From NCBI GenBank assembly GCA_010909165.1, contig VJWM01000219.1, positions 186,001 to 250,000 on the forward strand: 64,000 bases of DNA, given 5' to 3'. Below the pieces are notes generated by a model. The model did not search any database. It was not told where the DNA came from and saw only the letters and a list, made by a program, of their open reading frames with translations. Source of the stretch: Anthoceros angustus. Lineage: Eukaryota; Plantae; Anthocerotophyta. Shown in pieces: positions 59,917-64,000 of the stretch. A program made the position numbers and the translations under genes. Each line of letters starts with the position of its first letter. The stretch's first letter is position 1.

Positions 59917-62900
59917 ATGGCCAGCAGCATCAGCACTTCGACCCCCGCACCCGGTGCTATTCCAATGTTCACCGAGCAAATCGAGGAGCAAGACCGCTTC
60001 AACGGCCAGCGCTACCCTGTGTGGCGAGTCCGGATGAAGTCACTGCTCATCGCAGAGGCGTGTGGAAGGTTGTGGACGGCAGTCACCCCAAGCCATCAAC
60101 CACCTCCGTCCCTCCACCCTCGACTGCCGATGTGGAGCGATGGGACTTCCTCAACGGAATCGCCATCGCTCTCCTCGTCAACGGCCTGGACTCCAGCCTG
60201 GTCCCCAGCATTGAGTTTCTCACTGAAGCTTCCGCCATTTGGGACCAGCTCTCCAATACCTACAACGTCAACAACGTCCTGACCCTCTACAGCGTCAGGC
60301 AGGAGTTCAACGCCCTCAAAATGAAGGAGTCTGACACGGTGGCGGCACATACCTCAAGATTCCGGCGATTCACGAGGGCGGTGGCATCTCGGCTCGACCA
60401 TGACCGAGCGACCATCACGCCCAATTGCTGATGAGCTTACCACCCTCCTATCAGCATTTCGTCACCAGTTTGATGCTGATGTCAACACGGGGTGTCACCG
60501 GCTCCACCTCTTCTCTTACAGTGGAGGAGATTATCGGAGCGCTCTATCAACACGAGCAGAGCCGCCTTACCTCAGCAGGCGGGTCCAAGCCCAAGGCTGA
60601 TAAGGCGCTCGCTGCCCGATTCCAGTCCGGGAAGGCGCAAGGGAAGCAAGCAACACCTCCAAGGGTGCTTCGACCTCTGCTACACCTCACGGACGGGCAA
60701 TCAGAACGGCGCGTGAGGATCGCGGGGCACGGGCGGAATGCCGGAAGAAGAAAGCTGGGGAGCCTCAGAAGCCCGGCCTTCGCCAGACTGCAAATGTGGC
60801 CGTCAAGGGCAAGACCGAGGATGGCAAGACGGTGAAGATTCTTACCGTTTGCTTGAGCACCCAGCCACAACAGGATCAGGGGTGGTACCTGGACAGCGGT
60901 GCCAACGCCCACATCTGCAACGACGACACCCTCTTCTCCCAGCTGGACCGGCGTCCGACCAGAGAGAGGGTACTCCTCGACGACGAGCAGAACAAGTCAA
61001 GCCTGCCATACTCGGCCAAGGGACTTGCGAGCTGCCCCTATCTGATGGAACTACACTAACCCTAGAGCCTGTGCTCTATGTGCCACAGATGGGGAAGAAC
61101 CTCGTGTCCCTCAGCCAACTGCTGCGGCATAGCCCACTGGAAGTAACCTTTTCCCGTGACTCTTGCTGCTTTTATAGACCAGCCAGTCCTGACTTGTGCC
61201 TAATGGGCGCCATCCCCCAAGATGGTCTGTATAGACTTATTCTGAATAGCAAACAAGGACCTCTTGCTTACGTCGCTGGACAGTCACCCGAAGACCTGGC
61301 TGCCCTGTGGCATGCCAGGCTGGGCCATATCAACAAGCACAAGCTCATCTCCATGTCCTCACAGGGCCTTTACCAAGAGCCACTCCTTAGATGTTTCCAA
61401 CACCTCTCAGTCTGTGAATCCTGTGTCATCGCCAAGCAGAAGGAGTCTCCCTTCCCGAAGAGGGCGCATCGGGCCGAGGCCGTACTGGCCTTAGTTCATG
61501 CTGACATATCCGGGAAGATTCATACTCCCTCCCTTAGCGGTGCTATATACTATCTCACCCTCACAGACGACTTCAGCAGATATTCTTGGACCTTTCCAAT
61601 GCATCTGAAGAGTGAGACGTTCACATACTTCAAGGAGTGGCTTCCAGTGGCCGAACGCCAGACTGGACAGAAGCTGAAGACCCTGCGGAGCGATAACGGC
61701 ACAGAGTTTGTGAACCATGAGTTTGATGCCTTCCTCCTGGAGCGAGGAATTCAGAGACAACTCACGGTACCCTATACTCCACAGCAGAACGGAGTAGCGG
61801 AGCGCAAGAATCAGACGCTCCTGTCCATGACCAGGAGCATGCTGCTATGGTCCGGACTTCCACAAGGCTTCTGGGCGGAGGCGATTGTGGCGGCCACCTA
61901 TATTCTGAACCGAGTGATCACAAGCTCAGTTCTTGGCCGCACCCCCTATGAGGTATATTGGCGATGCAAGCCCAAGATTCAGACCCACGGTATTCGCCAC
62001 CTTTGCTCACATCCCCCGAGCGGCGCAAGTTGGATGACAGGGCAAAGAAGCTTATCTTCGTGGGCTACAGCGAGAGCTCCAAGGCCTATAAGCTCTTCGA
62101 CCTGGAGACGCACGACATCACCTTGGCGCCAAGACCGCCACCTTCTCGAGCCACCAGGCCAGAGGGAGATGTGCCGGTCGACAATCCACGGTATCTCAAT
62201 TCCTAGAGACACCGGGCAAGATACCCCACCAAGACGGTGACCTGTGCCACTTGAGAACCGGACGACGGCCCCCCTCGAGGACAACGAGCCTATCGCCCCA
62301 AGATACCTCAAGACCACAATGGTACCTATCCCATTGCTCACTGTGATGATGCCGCCGACGACCACGGCGGGATCTCGCCATGGAGGAGCCTGCCTCTGCG
62401 GAGCCCGTGTTGGCTGACGATGAGCCTATGCCGGCCGCTCCGGCACTCAATCCTGGCCTCGCCGCAGATCGACCGAGCACCACCGCCTCGGGCGAGCCGC
62501 CCCTACCGATCCATTGACTTGATGCCTTGACTCTCTATCCGCGGCCTTATCTCCTGCGGCTCTTCCAGAGGAACCGACCACTCTTTCCCAAGCCCTTGCA
62601 GGACCTGAGTCCTCGCAGTGGCGGATCGCAGTGGAGGATGAGTACCAGAGTTTGCTTCAGAACAAAACTTGGGAACTCGTCGACCCGCCCCCTGGAAGGA
62701 AGCCCATCTCCTGCAAGTGGACCTTCAAGCTCAAGCTCAACGCCCAAGGACAGGTGGCTCGTTTTAAGGCCCGGCTGGTGGCTCGTGGATTCTCCCAGGT
62801 TGAAGGCCTGGACTATCAAGAGACCTTCTCCCCGGTGGTACGTGCGCAATCCATACGGATTTTGCTTGCCCTTTGCGGCTGAACTGGATCTGGAGCTCCA

Positions 62901-64000
62901 CCAAATGGACGTCAAGACCGCCTACCTCTACGGCATCTTGGACGAGGAACTCTACATGGATCAGCCGGAGGGCTACGTCAGCAAGGAGTTTCCCAACAAA
63001 GTGCTCCGGTTAAGGAAGTGCATATATGGCCTCAAACAGAGCGGGCGAGTGTGGTATATTACTATGCACATCTACCTGCTCAGCATTTCCTTCGTCCAGA
63101 GTGCGGCCGACGGCAACGTGTACACGTTGACTCGAGGCCTTCACTTTGTCATCCTTGCCTTGCATGTGGACGACCTCATCCTCTCCGCTGACAACCTCGA
63201 CTTGCTAAGGGAAGTTAAACAGCTCTTAAGCTCCCGTTTTGAGATGAAGGACATTGGGGAGCTTCAATTTTGTCTTGGAATTCAGATTTTAAGGAACAGA
63301 GCCGAAAGGAAACTGGTCATCCATCACTACAAGTACATCAATGAGATACTGCGGAAGTTCAAGCTGAATCAAGCTGTGCCCACATTACACCCTATGTGGG
63401 CACTAAACTCATCAGCAAAGGCCCCTGCATCAAGAAGAGACCAAGGAAATGCATGGGATTCCCTATCGCCATGCCGTAGGAAGCCTTCTCTTCGTTAGTG
63501 GTTGGACAAGGCCTGACATCCATTACTCCGTTTCCACAGTATCTCAATTCCTAGAGACACCGGGCAAGGCGCATTGGGCCGCAGTCAAGAGAGTGTTTCG
63601 CTATTTGAAGGGCACCCTGACATACGGGCTAATGTACCAGAGTGGAGGAACTGGCAAGCTCCTCCTCAGTGGCTACACAGACGCCGACTGGGCATCTGAC
63701 CCAGACTCGAGGAAGAGCTTAAGTGCTCATTGTTTTCTGCTATCCTCAGCTGCTGTGAATTGGAGTTGTAAGAAGCAGACCTCTATAGCACTCTCTTCTA
63801 CAGAGGCCGAGTACAAGTCACTCACCGATGCCTCCAAGGAAGCTGAGTGGGAGAGGGCCTTCCTAGCCGACACTGGCCAGAGACAAGACCAGCCGACATC
63901 ACTCTACTGTGACAATATGTCGGCCCTGGCCCTGATCTCAAGCCCCAAGTTCCACGCCAGGACGAAGCACATAGAGATTCAGCATCACTATATCCGAGAT
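59917..64000 (+). pseudogene. Copia gag-pol polyprotein, frameshifted as assembled
   Basis: Gag RFNGQRYPVWRVRMKSLL..; protease WYLDSGANAHI; LWHARLGHI..CESC; integrase LVHADISG, LRSDNGTEF, QQNGVAERKN; RT KARLVARGFSQ, HQMDVKTAYLYG, LHVDDL; RNase H GYTDADWA, STEAEY, YCDN. Confidence 0.93.

Larger units (their letters stand above)
55885..64000 (+). mobile_element. Ty1/Copia LTR retrotransposon (3' part beyond the window)
   Basis: A 180-bp LTR (TGTTAAG..TTCACA), a tRNA-iMet PBS, and domain order gag-PR-IN-RT-RH. Confidence 0.96.

Overview
Eukaryotic (land-plant) nuclear DNA. The short introns (about 60-130 bp), very tight gene packing and fairly high GC suggest a compact early-diverging plant genome such as a hornwort; this is inference only. 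The window has three zones. (1) 0.5-19 kb is transposon-rich: a complete-looking non-autonomous CACTA element (475-3073, 15-bp perfect TIRs), a large Athila-like Ty3/Gypsy remnant whose env-like ORF and flanks occur as staggered, indel-rich duplicated blocks, tandem arrays, a papain-like protease fragment and a LINE 3' fragment. (2) 19.6-49.9 kb is a clean, dense block of ten genes: RbcS, Cter-SUN, FKBP17-1, GCN2, DHNAT thioesterase, CFM2 (four CRM domains), a plastid-type FAD oxidoreductase, DEAD-box RH38/LOS4, starch synthase III, and an unrecognised six-exon, 283-aa beta-strand-rich gene. (3) 50-64 kb holds an ORF1-only LINE derivative, a heavily disabled CYP85-clan P450 pseudogene, LINE 3' fragments with (TTC)n tails, and a Ty1/Copia element (5' LTR, PBS, long duplicated leader, frameshifted gag-pol) running off the right edge. 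Best leads: the ORF1-only (HAL1-like) retroelement sharing a 57-bp tail with ORF2-bearing LINE ends, the unrecognised beta-rich gene, the 75-nt GCN2-to-FKBP17-1 spacing, and an RbcS with an unusual betaA-betaB loop and a probable 3'-UTR intron. The duplicated blocks in both LTR elements may be long-read assembly artefacts. All family assignments are motif recognition from memory; no database search was run.
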